The translations under genes were made by a program, and so were the position numbers. A model generated the notes under the pieces. It saw nothing but the letters and a program-made list of their open reading frames with translations. It had not been told where the DNA came from and did no database searches. Source: Naegleria gruberi (taxonomy: Eukaryota). From it: a DNA stretch of 64,000 bases. This document shows positions 32,395 to 46,392 of this stretch, one piece after another; position 1 is the stretch's first letter; every line of letters starts with the position of its first letter. Location of the stretch: assembly GCA_000004985.1 (NCBI GenBank), contig GG738861.1; one strand, 5' to 3'.

Positions 32395-34355
32395 ATGAAC
32401 AAACGACATCTAGCTGTAGAAATTCTAAACGATCAGTTCGGAGACATTATTGGCAAGGTTGGTTCTGTTCTTTTAGAACAAGGACCTCAGACCATGACGG
32501 ATTTGATTCAAAATACATCATTGCAATTTCCTCAAGTCAGAAATGCTCTCCTTGTTTTAATTCAACACAACATGTGTGTCTATTTTGACAAGAATATATA
32601 TCAACAAAAATTAGAACATGGATCAAAGAATGCGGAAGAGGAAGATGACATGAAAACACAAACAGAAAAATTGAGAGAACAAGAGGAAAGGAGAGAAAAG
32701 TGGAAGCATAAAGGTGGAGGTAATGATACAGCACCAGTCACTGTACCTATTGAGGAAGAAGAATCGGAACAAATTAAAGCAGAAAAACAAAAACAATTCG
32801 AAAGACAAAGCAAAATTATTTATTATCAAGTAATCATTGAAAATATTATTATGAGGTTGAAGAGTGCCAAGTTATTATATACCATTAGGACAAGTTATGG
32901 TATTGATGCAGAAGAATTGTTGCACATTCTCTTACAACACGGCAGATTGACAATGAAGGAATTAATTCAAAAAGCTTTGGAAAATATTACACAAACAGGT
33001 AGGTTTTACCCAAATATTTTGAGTGTATTGAATACTGTTATTGTTTATTTAATCTATTATTATTGTTAATTAATATTACTTTTAAACTCGGAATAACCCA
33101 CTCTCAATTTTATTAATTTTTATTATTATTATATTATTATTATCATAATAATAATATTTAAAAAGATTATACATTTGCCACTGAAAGTAAAAAGACATCC
33201 TTCATCACTGCCTTCCAAAAGATGGTCAAGGACAGATTTATCAAGAGAGTTCAGCCATATGTTTCATCCATTCAACTTCAAGAACAAAAGAAAAATGCAA
33301 AGGAAGGAGGATCAAACTCTACAACAGATTTACTTCAAAAGTACTCCAAACAAAACAAGGAATCTAAAAAGAAATCGGACAAGTCAAAGAAGAGAAAGAC
33401 AATTGAAGATGAAGATGGCAGCTCTCAATATGAACCTGAAAAGAAAAAGAAGAAGGGAACAAGTTCAGAAATTTCACCACTCGAATTTGACACTGAAGAA
33501 TTTGATTCAATTGATGAAGATGAAATTCATATTGATGCTGAAAATATTTTGTGGACTACCAATTACTCACAATTTATCAGAACTTTCAGAAATGAATCCA
33601 TCATTAAATATGTTGAAACCAAGATGGGAGAACAATTTGCATCCATTGTTAAAGCTGCCTTTGATGAAACTGCACCATATCAAAGATCTAAGAATGATCC
33701 AATGTCAACACCACTCAAATTTGAAAAATTATATGATAGAATATCAGAAACTGAGGAAATTGGTAGAAAGGTATTGGAAAATAACTTGAGTTTCCTCTGT
33801 AATCCAGAATTGGATATTTTGAGAGCTATGGGTAAGGACACTTATTTCATTAATTTGAAAGGTGTTGCCGATAAACTCAAAAAGCAAGAAACTGAAGTCA
33901 TCATTTCACAAAAATACAGTGTGATTGGATGTAGATTATTCAGATTATTGCTTGAAAAGAAGTATTTGGAACAGACTCATATTGCCGAATGTGCACTTTT
34001 ACCACCTTGTGAAGCTAGAACTCTATTGATGAACATGTTGAGAGGCTCCATCCTTCATTTACAAGAAGTACCTAAGAGTAAGGATCGTAGCGCTCAACAA
34101 ACCTTCTTCCTGTGGAGTGTCAAGTTGGAACAAGTTTATGAAAAGATTATCGATGACATGTACAAATCTGTAAGAAATTTGAGAATTAGATTAAAGAAAG
34201 AACAACAACATATAATTGAATCAGGCATTCTCGAAAGCACCTATTTGAGTGAAGAACAAGAAGAACAAATCAGACGATTGAAAAACATTGAAGACAGATT
34301 AGAAGCCTCTCTCATCAAACTAGTTGACCTCATTACTTTATTCGAAGATTTTTAA
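32395..34355 (+). CDS. RNA polymerase III subunit RPC82/RPC3-like; 2 exons (32395..32998, 33166..34355)
   Basis: N-terminal winged-helix region FGDIIGKVGSVLLEQGPQTMTDLIQNTSL...VRNALLVLIQHNM and LLQHGRLTMKELIQKALENI resemble Rpc82. Intron GTAGGT...AAAAAG of 167 nt keeps the frame into 33166. Confidence 0.55.
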
Positions 34356-34525
34356 ACTTATAAAAAACATTTTCACCTGAGTACACCTGTGTGCTTGATA
34401 GAACAGATTTCTATAACTCAATAATAACTATTGACTCCAATTATTCTGAGAAATGATCATTAACCACCTCTGTACAACAAATCTGTTGTTGCTTCAAAAG
34501 ATTAAATGTTGAAAGTGAATTTTTC

Positions 34526-37233
34526 TTGAGTTCAAAAAAAATGAGAAAACACGGAGGCAACAATAAGAAGCCTTCAAACAACAACAATAAGAAGGGAGGA
34601 AATAACCCTGCTGGTAATCAAAAAGGTGGAGCCGGAAAGAAGTTTGGTGGCGCTGGAAAGAAGGCACCAAACCAACAAAAAAGAAAGGCAGAAGAAATTG
34701 TCAAGGATGATGATGTTCACTTGAGTGATTTGGATGAAGCCGATTTTGAATTTGCTGAAAGAATGAGTAGTCTTGCTGATTTGAAAGAGTAAGTTTTATA
34801 TATTTATTGATTGTTCTTATGGAATATTATTACAGGTCCGACTTTGATAAGAAGAAAAAGAAGAAACAAAAATTCAACAAACCAGATCCTTCGGAAATGA
34901 TTTCTGATGATGAAAAGGAACCAACAGTATCCGAAGATGAGGATGATTTGAAAGTAAAACAATTAGAAGAAACCTACTCTAAAGGAAGACTCTCAAAGAT
35001 TATGGAAAAGACTGAAAAAGTTTTGGAAGAAAATGAAAAGGAAGAATCACAAAAGAAGGTCAAATTAAAGCTTCCAATTAAGGGTGAGGATGGTACCATT
35101 AAAAAACAACTTCAAGTTATCCAAGAAAAGGAGGAAAAGAAGAAAGTTTTGACAAAGCAAGCAAAGAAGGATAAAAAGGAACAACAAAAGAGAAATGAGG
35201 AACAAGAAGAGGATGATATGGAGGATGAAATTGATGAAGAGGAAGTGTTTGATTCACTGAATACTAAAATTGAGGAGGAAACAGACGAAACCAAAAAGGA
35301 AAGAGAAGCCAAAAAGCAAGAAAAGATTAGACTTCAACAAATTTTGGAAGATCCTATTTTGAGAGAAAACAGAAGACAAAAATTAAGAACTGAAATTGGT
35401 GCATTGGCTTCCTCCATTTTAGAATTGCCAGATGTTAATGTGAGTATAGTTGATCATTATTGAAATATTTAACCATTTATCAAGTTAATCAAAATTTCTA
35501 GAATTTATGACTTGTGTATGGATGGAGATGTTTTTGTGAAAAAGATTGCAGTTCTCTCCATGTGTGCTCTTTTCAAGGATTTACTTCCTGATTACAAGAT
35601 TAACTTGGAAGTTGCTGCTGAAGGTACTCGTTTCTCAAAGGAAGTTAAGACAAGAAGAAACTTTGAAAGTAATATTTTGAAACACTATCAAAAATATGTA
35701 CTCTATGTAGAGAAACATGCCAAGACTCCTTCCTCTAAAATTCAATTGATTTGTGCCAAGAGTTTGTGTGAACTTTTGGTTAATAGACCATACTTTAACT
35801 TTACCAATGATATTATTAGAATTATTGTTCCACAATTGAACTCTAAGGTTGACAAAGTGAGAGAACTTGTTGCTCAAAGCATTTCTGAACTCTTTGCCAA
35901 CGATCCAACTAAGGGTGCAACCAGTTTAGATATTGTTGAGGAAATTGCTGCCGTAATTGTAAGGAAAAAGTATGAAGTTTCTCCAACCATGTTCGATGTT
36001 TTCTTGTCCCTCAAGTTAAAGACCATTTTGAAAGACAAGGTTTTACCTGAAAATATTGTGAATAGAAAGAAGAATAAGAGAAATAAGAAGAAGGCTAAGG
36101 ATCTTTCAGATGGTGAAGAATTGAGAAGAGATTTGAAGGAAGCTGAAGGTGCATCAAACTCTGAACAAAAGAAGAATCAAACTGATATTTTGAGAAATAT
36201 CATTGTTTGTTATGTCAGAGTTCTCAAACAACAACCTGAATCACCAATCGTTTTCAGTGCTTTGGCAGGTTTGGCCAAGTTCTCCCACTTGATGAATGTT
36301 GATATATTGTACTCTCTCTTGGATTATATGAAGGCCTTGTTGGAATCTGCTGATAATATCAATGAATTGGTTGCCTCACATTTAGATGAAAATGAATCAA
36401 AGGCTTTCAAACCAATTGAATTACCAATCAGAACTGTTTTACAAACCCTCATCACTACTGCCAGACTTTTGACAGGTATTGGTAGTGCCATCGATATTGA
36501 TCCAAAGGAATTCTATACTCAACTCTACAATGCCATTGATAGAGTTATTTCATTACCATATGAAGAAACCAACCTTAGATTGCTTTTGGACGCTCTTGTG
36601 TTGCTCTTATTGAAGCCAGCCAAATTGCCAATTACCAGAGTTGCTGCCTTTATCAAAAAGTTATGTTGCTACTGTTTCACCACATCCATCCATATTACAT
36701 TGGCCTTCTTGGAAATTATTAAGGAACTCTTCATAAAATATCCAAATGCCAAGCAAATGCTCAGTGGAGAAGAAAGTGGTATTGGTAACTATTCATTCGA
36801 TGAAACTGTTCCAGACAGCACAACTCCATTCTCTAGTCCATTGTTCGAATTGGGTCAAATTCAAACTCACTACCACCCACAACTCAAATACAGTTTAGAT
36901 GGTATCAGAAGTGTTTTGGGTCTCGTAACCAAATTCCAACAAACCAAAGCCAGAGACGAATTCAAACTCTTATCATGTGATGAATATCAAAATATTTTAA
37001 CAGAGTTCGATCCACAAAACGTCAAATTCAAACCACCAGTGCAAGCTCCAACCTCACATCCACTCCAAGAAAAATTAGAAAGACTCAGCGAAAAGAAGAA
37101 TAATCCAGAATTTAACAAGAAGAAGAAGCAAAAACTCCAAGAAAAGCAAATCTACGTTTCTCCATCACTTCTTCACATGAGATCAACTTTTGCCCTTGAT
37201 TGTCTCTCTAAATCATCGACATTACGTTTGTAA
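34526..37233 (+). CDS. NOC3-like nucleolar complex protein; 3 exons (34526..34788, 34836..35439, 35485..37233)
   Basis: K/E-rich N-terminus, then VLSMCALFKDLLPDYKINLE... and a long helical CBF-like region. Introns of 47 nt (GTAAGT...ACAG) and 45 nt (GTGAGT...CAAG) restore a single frame across the three listed ORFs. Confidence 0.5.
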
Positions 37234-37504
37234 AAAAGATTGTAAATAAATATCGACTTTTTCAACTTTCCAATACTAAAACCCAACAGGTTGGCACCTT
37301 ATCAGTCAACTAGCCTCAGACAAACAAAGTGGAGAAAATCAAAAAGACAAAAGACTACAGCACCACAGGTTCCCAAGTTGTCTCCAACCTCAGTACTGAT
37401 GTGGCTCGACGATGCTTAACTTCTCAAATCGGACGGGATGAGGTGCATTCATCGTGATATGGCCGTAGCCATTCATAACCCTAAAACAATGAATGTAAAG
37501 AATA

Positions 37505-40500
37505 TTGAAAATCTTAATACTGAATTATTGGAGGTCGACACAAATACCAAATCAGACAGTTGTAGTATTATGGAACAACAAAAACAACACAGATTCAATA
37601 TCGATAATATTATCATTTCATCCTTTGTCTTACAAGAATCAAGAAAATTACAATTTATTAATAAAATTAAAAAAAATGCAAAACAACAACAACTCATCAA
37701 ATCCACAACAAAAAGTTTATCTTCCCTCTGAGGAGATGACGTACATACACAGACACTTTAGAGAAGATTCCTTTTTGAAAATGTTTGTGGACAATTTCAA
37801 GCCTTCGGAAGCCTTTTCCTTTGATGTATCAAGCTATTTGAAAAAGAAATTAAAAGAAGAGGAAGATGATCAGTCGACAAATTCAAAATCAACATCATTA
37901 GAATCGGAAATATTAAAACTTTCTGAAGGTGTTTCTGCGATTGATAATCAAATTTTCAAGATTTTTGAAAAGCAAAGTTCACAGTTGGATGAAGAAGAAT
38001 CGGAATTTAAAACTTTTTTGTTTAAATCATTGGGTGATGAATTGACACAACATGATGAGTTGGCAGATATGAGTTTGGTCAATCAGTATCAAAAAGTCAT
38101 GTCTGGAAAGGGATTTTATAAGAGTATATTTGAAATTCAAAATTTAGAGGAAGATTTAAATTCCATCAAGAAGAGTGTTGATTTATTACAAACTTCAGTC
38201 AATAGGTTTGTGTTTATTTCTATTCATTAACATGATAGAGATTTATAATTATTTTGCAAATAATATGTGGTGTGAAATATGATTTTATTCGATTATTAAA
38301 TAACATTATTATTGGAAAATTTAAAGATTACAATCAAGTTTGGGAGCAAGTGCCACTAATTTGACCTCCCGACACAAACAACTTGAAAACATGTTCGAAA
38401 CACTTGAATTGATGAAGAAAGTTTATTCCTTCCTCTCAATGATCTCCAAATTAAAGAAGAGTTATAATGGATATAATTCTGATCAAACTAATTTATTTGC
38501 CACGTCACAATATATTTTCGAATTGGAACAAGTTGTAAAATCACGAGAATTGGAGAATATTACAATTGTAGATAAGGAAATTCCATATATTCAAAATATT
38601 TCAACCGAAGTGAAGAATGAAGCCATCAAGGCAATGAAGGAAGGCATGAAGAACAAACAACAATCAACAGTAGCTACTGCCCTACAAGTTTTTTTCAATT
38701 TTAACATTCTCTCAGAGATGATCAATGACACTGTTACACACCAAATCAATGCTGCAACAAATGCTGTAAAATCTGTATTTTCACAAAAACCAACCAAATC
38801 AACAGAGAGTACTTTCAAGACTCAATTCCTCGTCTCTCTCAAGAGCTTGTTTTCTGATATGGAAACTCTCTACCAACAAATTTATCACTTGGATTTGGTT
38901 GTAAAGAAGAAGAGGGATACATTGTCACAGAGGGATTTTTCTGCCATTCTCATTGAAAAGGGTAACGAAAACTTTTTGGAATTATTTTGGAATAATGTTC
39001 AAAAGTCAATTTCACTCTCAATGAAAAAGGTGATCGATAATCAATTCCTTAAGGACATTTTTGTGATTGAATATCCACAAATTAAGACCATGATGAAGGA
39101 ATTTTTCAATTCTCTCGTTCAGCAATTACCAACACAGGAGTCAAGGTTAGTTTTTTTTCTTTTTTTAATTAAATTATTATTAATCATTTTCACATCATAA
39201 TAATAATAACAATACATTAATGATAAAATAATAATATAGAAATCAATCTTGGATTATTACCATGTTGGATCCATTCGAAGTTCAATATTTATACTCATCC
39301 CTGAATAGACTTGTAGAAAAGACAAAACTAGTCTTTGGTAAGGTATCTCCTCCAAAACCAAAGGAAACAACATTCAAAGGTCTGACCACAACTGATATCA
39401 GACAAATCACTTCTCTCATGTTACAGGAATTGAATAATGTTAAATCTGATGAAAAGCTCTTCTTTGAAATTGGAAAGAATATTGCCAAGACCATTCAACT
39501 CTTTTGTAATAATATTGAAGAGCTCATAATTACTGATTCCTCTTCAAGAGATATCGATTTGCTCTCAGTTCTCGAGGGAAGTATTGGAAGATCCACCACT
39601 CCCTCCCAACTCTTCAATGCAAATCTATTCAATTCCACTTATTTCATGCTGACAAACACTACCAAATCAATCAAGACTCTATCGAATCTTCCAGCATTTA
39701 CAGCACTTGAGAAAATGTTAGAAATTTCTCTGAAAAAATTGGATGAAATTGGAAAGCAAATTACTGGGCCAATCTTTGACACAATCAGCAGACAACTTTT
39801 AACCATCCTATTGAATATGCATCTCTCTGAGGAGGAAATGAGAATCAAACAGCAACAATTGGAAATGAGTCGTATGAATGAGATTGGTGTCGAGTACAAT
39901 ACCAATACTCTATTCGTATGTCAATTCTTCTATTGCCTCAAACATGCCAAGAGAGTTTACTTTCAAATGTTCGATCAACAAACTGCCTCTGTGAGTGGAA
40001 ATATGTTCATTCCCCTCATTGAAAAACTGTATATTTACATTACCATTGAGATTACCCTCAAGACCATAACACTCTCGAGAACATTCCCACTCGAAGAGAG
40101 AGAAATTCACTTCCTAACTCTTCTCAATGATGCCAAGCAACTTCAAGCAATGATTGCTGACTTTTTGTCTGATGATAGTAATCATCAAACCAAAGGTCAC
40201 TTGCTGTTCAAAACCTTTTTAAAGATTATCTTTGTGAATGACTTTTCAATTATCGACAAGCAGTTGGCAATTAATGAAGCTTCTCATGCCATCCTAGTTT
40301 CTCATCTCTTAATGACCAAGATTGAGAATGTAGATTGGATTATTCCTCCTCACGAACATACCAAGACCTCACTGAGAGAGTACAGTAAGTGGTGGATTGA
40401 AAATATGCAAAATTCGAAAGAAGGTGTCATTCTAGATAATCTTAGCAAGTGTATTGCTGAAATGAAAAAGAAGGATACTGAATCTGCCTCCAAAGTCATT

Positions 40501-40584
40501 CCAATTATTGAGAATATTTTGAGTAAGAATTATTCCAGTGGTGCCAGTAATAATACTAATGGTGAAGATAATCTCAAACAATAA
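37505..40584 (+). CDS. large coiled-coil/helical protein, possible vesicle-tethering (COG-like) complex subunit; 3 exons (37505 or 37676..38205, 38339..39145, 39240..40584)
   Basis: The three consecutive ORFs are joined in frame by introns GTTTGT...CAAG (38206..38338) and GTTAGT...ATAG (39146..39239). The N-terminal F..EDSFLKMFVDNF motif resembles COG-type subunits weakly. Assignment is tentative. Confidence 0.4.
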
Positions 40585-40832
40585 ATTCAATTTTTGTGCG
40601 TTTCTCAAGTTCAATTACTAAACTTCATATGAATTACAAAGACAACAATTTAAGAATGTTTTTTTATGTTTTTTATTGTTATTGTGTGATGATCGAAAGT
40701 CATGATGATATTAATCCTGTTGTTGTTGTTTTTAGAGTGTTGTTCATTTACGGAACACACAATAATATTACTACTACAAATATCCATCATCATTCCCATT
40801 AAATTATATTTTCTATTTGATTGTTATTCAAA

Positions 40833-41189
40833 TTAATTCATCAATGGTCTTCTTCTGACAACTCTGACGAGACTCTTATTAGCAGATGGATCAATGATTT
40901 TAGCGTTAATCATTTCTTCTCTATTTTCCTTGTATCCTTTCAAACGTAAAAAAGAGTTAGCTTGAGTAATCCACAAACCACCAAAGAGAGAAACACTTGA
41001 AGCAACCAAAGCGGCAGACATTCTACCTGGTCCTCCTCTAGCATATCCAAAAATACCAGATCCAAGAGTCCACAAACCAACATATCCCAATTCCTTTGGT
41101 CTTGTATTTTGCATAATTTGTGGATAGGATGGTGCTTCGCTAATCACTGGATAGCACAAGTGTTCCTTTGTTTCAATGATACCCTCCAT
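40833..41189 (-). CDS. TMEM14-like (UPF0136) small membrane protein, 118 aa
   Basis: Gly-rich helices GLWTLGSGIFGYARGGPGRMSAALVASSVSLFGG fit the TMEM14 pattern. Confidence 0.35.
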   Translation of the reverse strand: MEGIIETKEHLCYPVISEAPSYPQIMQNTRPKELGYVGLWTLGSGIFGYARGGPGRMSAALVASSVSLFGGLWITQANSFLRLKGYKENREEMINAKIIDPSANKSLVRVVRRRPLMN

Positions 41190-41616
41190 TGTTACTAACT
41201 AAGTATTTTTTTCAATTTAATATTTTTTAAAAATATTTCAAAAAAATTAAATATTTGTGATGGTGATGATGATAAGTGTTTTCTAGAAAACAATGAATTG
41301 AAGAAGGAAGTTAGATAGGAAGAGTAAGGTACATTTGAATGGTCAGATGCCAATACTTATTCGAGCCTTCCGAAGATAGAACTTTTATCCGTTAAAAATG
41401 TTCATCAATTAATTATGATGGAAAATTAAATTCTAATTTTTTGAAATGGTAGTCTATCCAATTCTATGAATTTAAATAAGATATTATTAATAACCTTCCA
41501 TCATCATCCATATTCCAACAAGTTTCTTACATTCGGACCGGAGAAGAAAACGGAGATGTTACCTAAAAGAAAATTAAAAAAAAATCAAATTATTTTTTCG
41601 AAATAACAATAAAAAA

Positions 41617-41880
41617 ATGGCTTGCAACAAATCAATTTGGATGGGCTGTTGCGGTTGTTGTGCCGTATACTCCCTAGTCAGCATGCTTATATTAGTATAT
41701 TTGGGTGTCCTCATCATTGCTGAGGCTTATCCTTTCTCTGAAGGTGTTAACGATCACGTGCATAAAACCAGAGTCCAAAAGGCTCAAGGTTTCTTCATTG
41801 CTGCCGGCATGTATTTGTTCTTTGTTTTGTTAGGAATTGGTGTTACGCTTGGACTCTACTTTAAGAAGAAGAGAGAATAA
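41617..41880 (+). CDS. hypothetical small two-TM protein with N-terminal Cys cluster, 87 aa
   Basis: ORF with CCGCC and two hydrophobic helices. No homology recognised. Confidence 0.3.
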   Translation: MACNKSIWMGCCGCCAVYSLVSMLILVYLGVLIIAEAYPFSEGVNDHVHKTRVQKAQGFFIAAGMYLFFVLLGIGVTLGLYFKKKRE

Positions 41881-42451
41881 GTTTGCGGATCATATAAATA
41901 TATAATTAATTTAATTCATCAGTACTGCTCAGAGTGTTTTAATAACAATATTTGGATAATTATTTGAGGAGGATAATAATTTATGGAATTCTCTTTGGAA
42001 ACCAATACTTTTCAAGGACCTATCCTCTGAAATATTATCCGAGAGGCTATCATTATGATCTTCAAATAATTATTCAAATCGTTTCATCTCTTTACAAAAA
42101 ACCTATTCTTAAATCGTTTTCAATTCTTATTACAAAATAATTAACTGTAGTTCCAATCAAATTGATATCATCTCCAAAAATCAAAACAACAGCTCCCCAC
42201 CACCAGTACTCAACCAAGCACAAACTCTAGCAATTACAGGTGAGGAGAATTATCGAGTCCTATTGCTGGTTCGTTCATTTTCCACTCCACCACATGAGTT
42301 TCAAAAGAATCTTCGGCCTTTTTATCAACACTGTAAAAAAACGCAAAACAACTTGCAACTTTGCTAATTGATATAACGATCAAGTTCTTCTTGAAATTGT
42401 TTTTCATCATCATTACTATCATTATCATTATCAGCATCATCATTTAAAAAG

Positions 42452-43912
42452 ATGACAAATACTAATTCCTATGTAATTGGTGTTGATCATGTTAGATTTC
42501 ATGTGGATAATGCTCTTCAAACAGCAGCCTATTATATTTCAAATCTTGGATTTGTTCCGATGGCTTATGAAGGATTGGAAACAGGTAATAAGGATTTTTG
42601 TACACATGTAATTCGACAAAATGATATTGTCTTGGCCTTTACTTCTCCTCTTCATAAGGCTCCTTGTGTATTACAGACCAATGTTCAACTTCATCCATAC
42701 TTGTTCACCACATTGAAACACTTTGAACAAACAAAAACAATTGAATACAAGGATGAAGATCCTATTAGAAAATTCTATAAATCATTGGAAGCTCATGGAA
42801 GTAATCATGCTCATGATATGGCCTTGTTAGTGAGTGATGTTGAAAAGGCCTATGAACAAGCTTGCAAACATCCAAAAACAAAAGCACTCACACCACCAAC
42901 TAGATTATATTTGGATGAGGATAAGAGTAGATTTATTGAATTTGCTTGTATTGCAACACAATTCGGAGAGGATGCTTGGATTCACACATTAATTAATAGA
43001 GATCATCAAGGAAGTGATATTGGTCAGGTTTTCCTTCCAGGATTCAGACAGAGAAAATTAAATCCAGACCAAGAAGTTCCACCTCAACATTTGGAATATG
43101 TTGATCATTTTGCTATTGCTATTCATAAAGGAACTCTCATTGAGGGAATACAGTGGTATTCCGAAGCATTGGGCTTTGAAAGATTCTACAATAATGATGA
43201 TGAAGAGGATCAGAAGGGTATTCAAATTGAGAGCTCGGAGAAGGATTTGGGTGGATTAACTACAATGGTAGTTGCTCCTTCATTAATTTCATCATTGAAT
43301 AGACATATTGAATTACACGAGCTCAACAAGCAATCTACTAAGGAAATGAATGAGAGTGAAATACATCACAGAAGAGAATTGATTGCCTCCAAGGTCATGA
43401 AGAAAATGATCAAGTTTGTACTGATTGAACCTGTCAATACCAAACAATCAAAGAGTCAAATTCAAGAATTTTTGGATTATAATGATGGACCAGGTATTGC
43501 TCACTTGGCTGTTCATACAGAAGATATTATCAATGCAGTTTCTAAATCTAGAAAGGCAGGTGTTGATTATATCACAGTTCCACCAACCTATTACACAAAT
43601 TGGAGGGAAAAGAAGGAATTGTACGATATGGTCAATGAGGATTGGACTCTATTGGAAAAGAATGCAATTTTGGTGGATGGTGTTGTCTTTTCTAAGGAAG
43701 ATGATGAATCATTACAGGAAAATCATGGATTCAGATATCTCTTACAAACTTTCACTAAACCAATTGAGGATAGACCAACATTTTACTTTGAAATTATTTC
43801 ACGTCGTGGTAATAGCGGATTTGGTAAGGGAAATATTAAAGCCCTCTTTGATGCTATTGAGAGGCTTCAAATTGAGAGAGGAAATTTATTTATTGAAGAG
43901 GATAAACAATAG
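42452..43912 (+). CDS. 4-hydroxyphenylpyruvate dioxygenase (HPPD), 486 aa with insertions
   Basis: N-terminal GVDHVRFHVDNALQTAAYY...GLETGN and C-terminal NSGFGKGNIKALFDAIERLQ match HPPD vicinal-oxygen-chelate signatures. Stop is TAG. Confidence 0.75.
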   Translation: MTNTNSYVIGVDHVRFHVDNALQTAAYYISNLGFVPMAYEGLETGNKDFCTHVIRQNDIVLAFTSPLHKAPCVLQTNVQLHPYLFTTLKHFEQTKTIEYKDEDPIRKFYKSLEAHGSNHAHDMALLVSDVEKAYEQACKHPKTKALTPPTRLYLDEDKSRFIEFACIATQFGEDAWIHTLINRDHQGSDIGQVFLPGFRQRKLNPDQEVPPQHLEYVDHFAIAIHKGTLIEGIQWYSEALGFERFYNNDDEEDQKGIQIESSEKDLGGLTTMVVAPSLISSLNRHIELHELNKQSTKEMNESEIHHRRELIASKVMKKMIKFVLIEPVNTKQSKSQIQEFLDYNDGPGIAHLAVHTEDIINAVSKSRKAGVDYITVPPTYYTNWREKKELYDMVNEDWTLLEKNAILVDGVVFSKEDDESLQENHGFRYLLQTFTKPIEDRPTFYFEIISRRGNSGFGKGNIKALFDAIERLQIERGNLFIEEDKQ

Positions 43913-44907
43913 ATTATCTGGAATGGCAACTTGGATTTTTTTAATAGAAAATAAACAATGATACTAAACTAAACTATTCAGTTTTATATTAAGATTTGGG
44001 ATTCAATTACAATAATTTCAAAAACAGAGGTACAGTTGATGAATTTTCAGGAAATATCATCCACTGACCAATAAAGTGTTGATTTGAAATCAATTAACAT
44101 GTTTCTCCAAGTTGCTGGAATCTGATGAGGCAATTGAATTGGTTGCAGATGTTCAGGGAAAGGGAGATGTCATGTTGGAGCCGTTGTTGAAGCAGGTGCT
44201 GTCATTTTAGCATTGTGTGTTGCTGTGTGGGATGAAAAAAAGAAAAAGCCAAATAGAACGTTTTAAATTCATAAGCCTCAGCAAAACCATTGCTAAATCT
44301 CACATGAGAATTAAACTTGTGTATTTTGAATCTAATTATTGAGTTGAAGTTTAAACTTTCGAACATTTACTTGTTTCAAATCAATTAAAAAACAGTTGAA
44401 AAGATAACAACCTGTCATTACGTTAAAAAAAATGAATCAAACAGAACTCTTGGTCTTGATTATTTTCAGTTTATTCTTCCCTCCACTTTGTAAGTTTTTC
44501 ATGAATAACCCGAAGTTTAGTTTCACCTAACTCCAATATAAATTCACTAGCTGTGGCAGTTGTAAGTAACAAAACATGACACCAAACATTTGACATTTCA
44601 CAACAATATTATTCGGATGATGATAATTATTGAATATCCAACATGAAAATAATTTAGAAAAAAAGAATGCACTTGCATTTGTACTTGAACATTCTCCTGA
44701 CAATTTTAGGTTGGATTCCAGGAGTTATTCATGCTTTTTTAGTATTGTTCGATGTTTTCAATTAAAACAACTTAAAGATAGATTATCAAACTATCTATTT
44801 GGAGGAACTATTAAATATTTGATAGTTCAACTATATTATTAATTCACAATTTCTTTGATTTCACACAGAATATCACAAAATAATATTCAATCTTGTTATG
44901 AAACAAT

Positions 44908-46392
44908 TTATCGTTCTTTATTCAAAGTAGAGTTGAGAGCAATTTCTTGTGAAAGTGTAATGTCTTTTCTTTCAGGAATTGCAAATGAAATGTTGGATAA
45001 ATTAGCTCCAGCCAATTCATGCTTTTTTCTAATTCTTAATTTGGTTGAGTGGAGAAATTGTAACTTTTTCCAAACTTCTGTTCTTATCGATTTGAAAAAT
45101 TCCAAAGGTTTACGATATTGAACAATATCAGCAAATGGTAAAACACATTCTTGTTGTTTCCAAATTGTAATATCATCATCAAAAATTACAGTTTCAAAAC
45201 AGTCAATATCAAACTTTTTCAAATCTTTCAATCCTAGTGGTTTTGGAATACTTTCATGAGGAGTCATATCTTCTCTTGATTTAAGCATCTTTTTCAATGC
45301 AATTGTATCATCTACATCAATATATTTGATTAAATGTTCCTTGTTTGGATCTAGAATTTTACAAACTTCTCTTGCATATTCAAATATACTATTTGTAAAA
45401 ATGTATACTTGAAAAACTGTACAACACCATGAAAGTAATTGTTGTGTACCTGGTCTCACATAACAAACATATTTAGAACCAAGAACTGAAAATTCATATT
45501 CTGATGGATTTGAAATTACTTCATTAGGATTCATAACTCTTGTTCTAATTAGAGTTTCATCAAGATCAAGAGCCATTACAAATTTTGGAACTATTATACA
45601 AGTTAATTTGGAATCAAATTCAAAATCATCAAGTAAATAACCTTCTAAACTACATGGTGTATCAGAATATGATTTATCATTAATATGATCGAATACTAAA
45701 ATTTGATGTGTATGATTTGGTATTGGAACTATGGCAATTTCTGATTTTCTAACCAACATTCCTTTTAAATAACATAAAATATACCTAGATTGTTCATCCT
45801 TTCCAGAAATTTCAAATTGTGGAATATAATCATGAAATAAATTAGTTTTTAAATCCTTATATAATGATAAACTTTCATCTGAAATAAAATCCTTAATTTC
45901 CAAGTAAATGTCATTATTATTAAGTTTGACATCACTCTTTAAATGTGGATTTGATATAATATTTACAATTTGTTCTTCCATTTTGTGACTCTTATCTCCA
46001 TTATTCTTTAATGTAAATGTAACATTGGCAAATAGACCTTTTGTTGCTTTAAAATTACAATTAAATTTCCTAGTTCTCTTCTTTTGAGTAGTTGTATTAG
46101 AAGTTTGTTTTGAAATAAGTGGAGGTGAAACACTGAATTTAAGTGGATTCAATTTAGTTTTCTTTGGTGGTGTTTGTGTTTTATCTTCAAGATCCCATAA
46201 AGAACTCTCATCAGGAGTTGCAGGTGACAATTCATCAGCAGATAAATCATCAATCAGTGTTGGATCATCAATTTGTGATGAAGTACTTTCATAATCAAAA
46301 GCATCATCAAGTTTTCTCTTTCCTGTGAATGCTGTTGTTGTTGCCATTATAAATGGTCTGTCTCTCTCGTAGTCAATTGTTACTATATTCAA
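44908..46392 (-). CDS. FCP1-homology (NIF/CTD-phosphatase-like, HAD) domain protein, 494 aa
   Basis: ALDLDETLIRT (DxDxT motif), then YVCYVRPGTQQLL and IFTNSIFEYA typical of SCP/FCP1 phosphatases. N-terminal half acidic and unstructured. Confidence 0.65.
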   Translation of the reverse strand: MNIVTIDYERDRPFIMATTTAFTGKRKLDDAFDYESTSSQIDDPTLIDDLSADELSPATPDESSLWDLEDKTQTPPKKTKLNPLKFSVSPPLISKQTSNTTTQKKRTRKFNCNFKATKGLFANVTFTLKNNGDKSHKMEEQIVNIISNPHLKSDVKLNNNDIYLEIKDFISDESLSLYKDLKTNLFHDYIPQFEISGKDEQSRYILCYLKGMLVRKSEIAIVPIPNHTHQILVFDHINDKSYSDTPCSLEGYLLDDFEFDSKLTCIIVPKFVMALDLDETLIRTRVMNPNEVISNPSEYEFSVLGSKYVCYVRPGTQQLLSWCCTVFQVYIFTNSIFEYAREVCKILDPNKEHLIKYIDVDDTIALKKMLKSREDMTPHESIPKPLGLKDLKKFDIDCFETVIFDDDITIWKQQECVLPFADIVQYRKPLEFFKSIRTEVWKKLQFLHSTKLRIRKKHELAGANLSNISFAIPERKDITLSQEIALNSTLNKER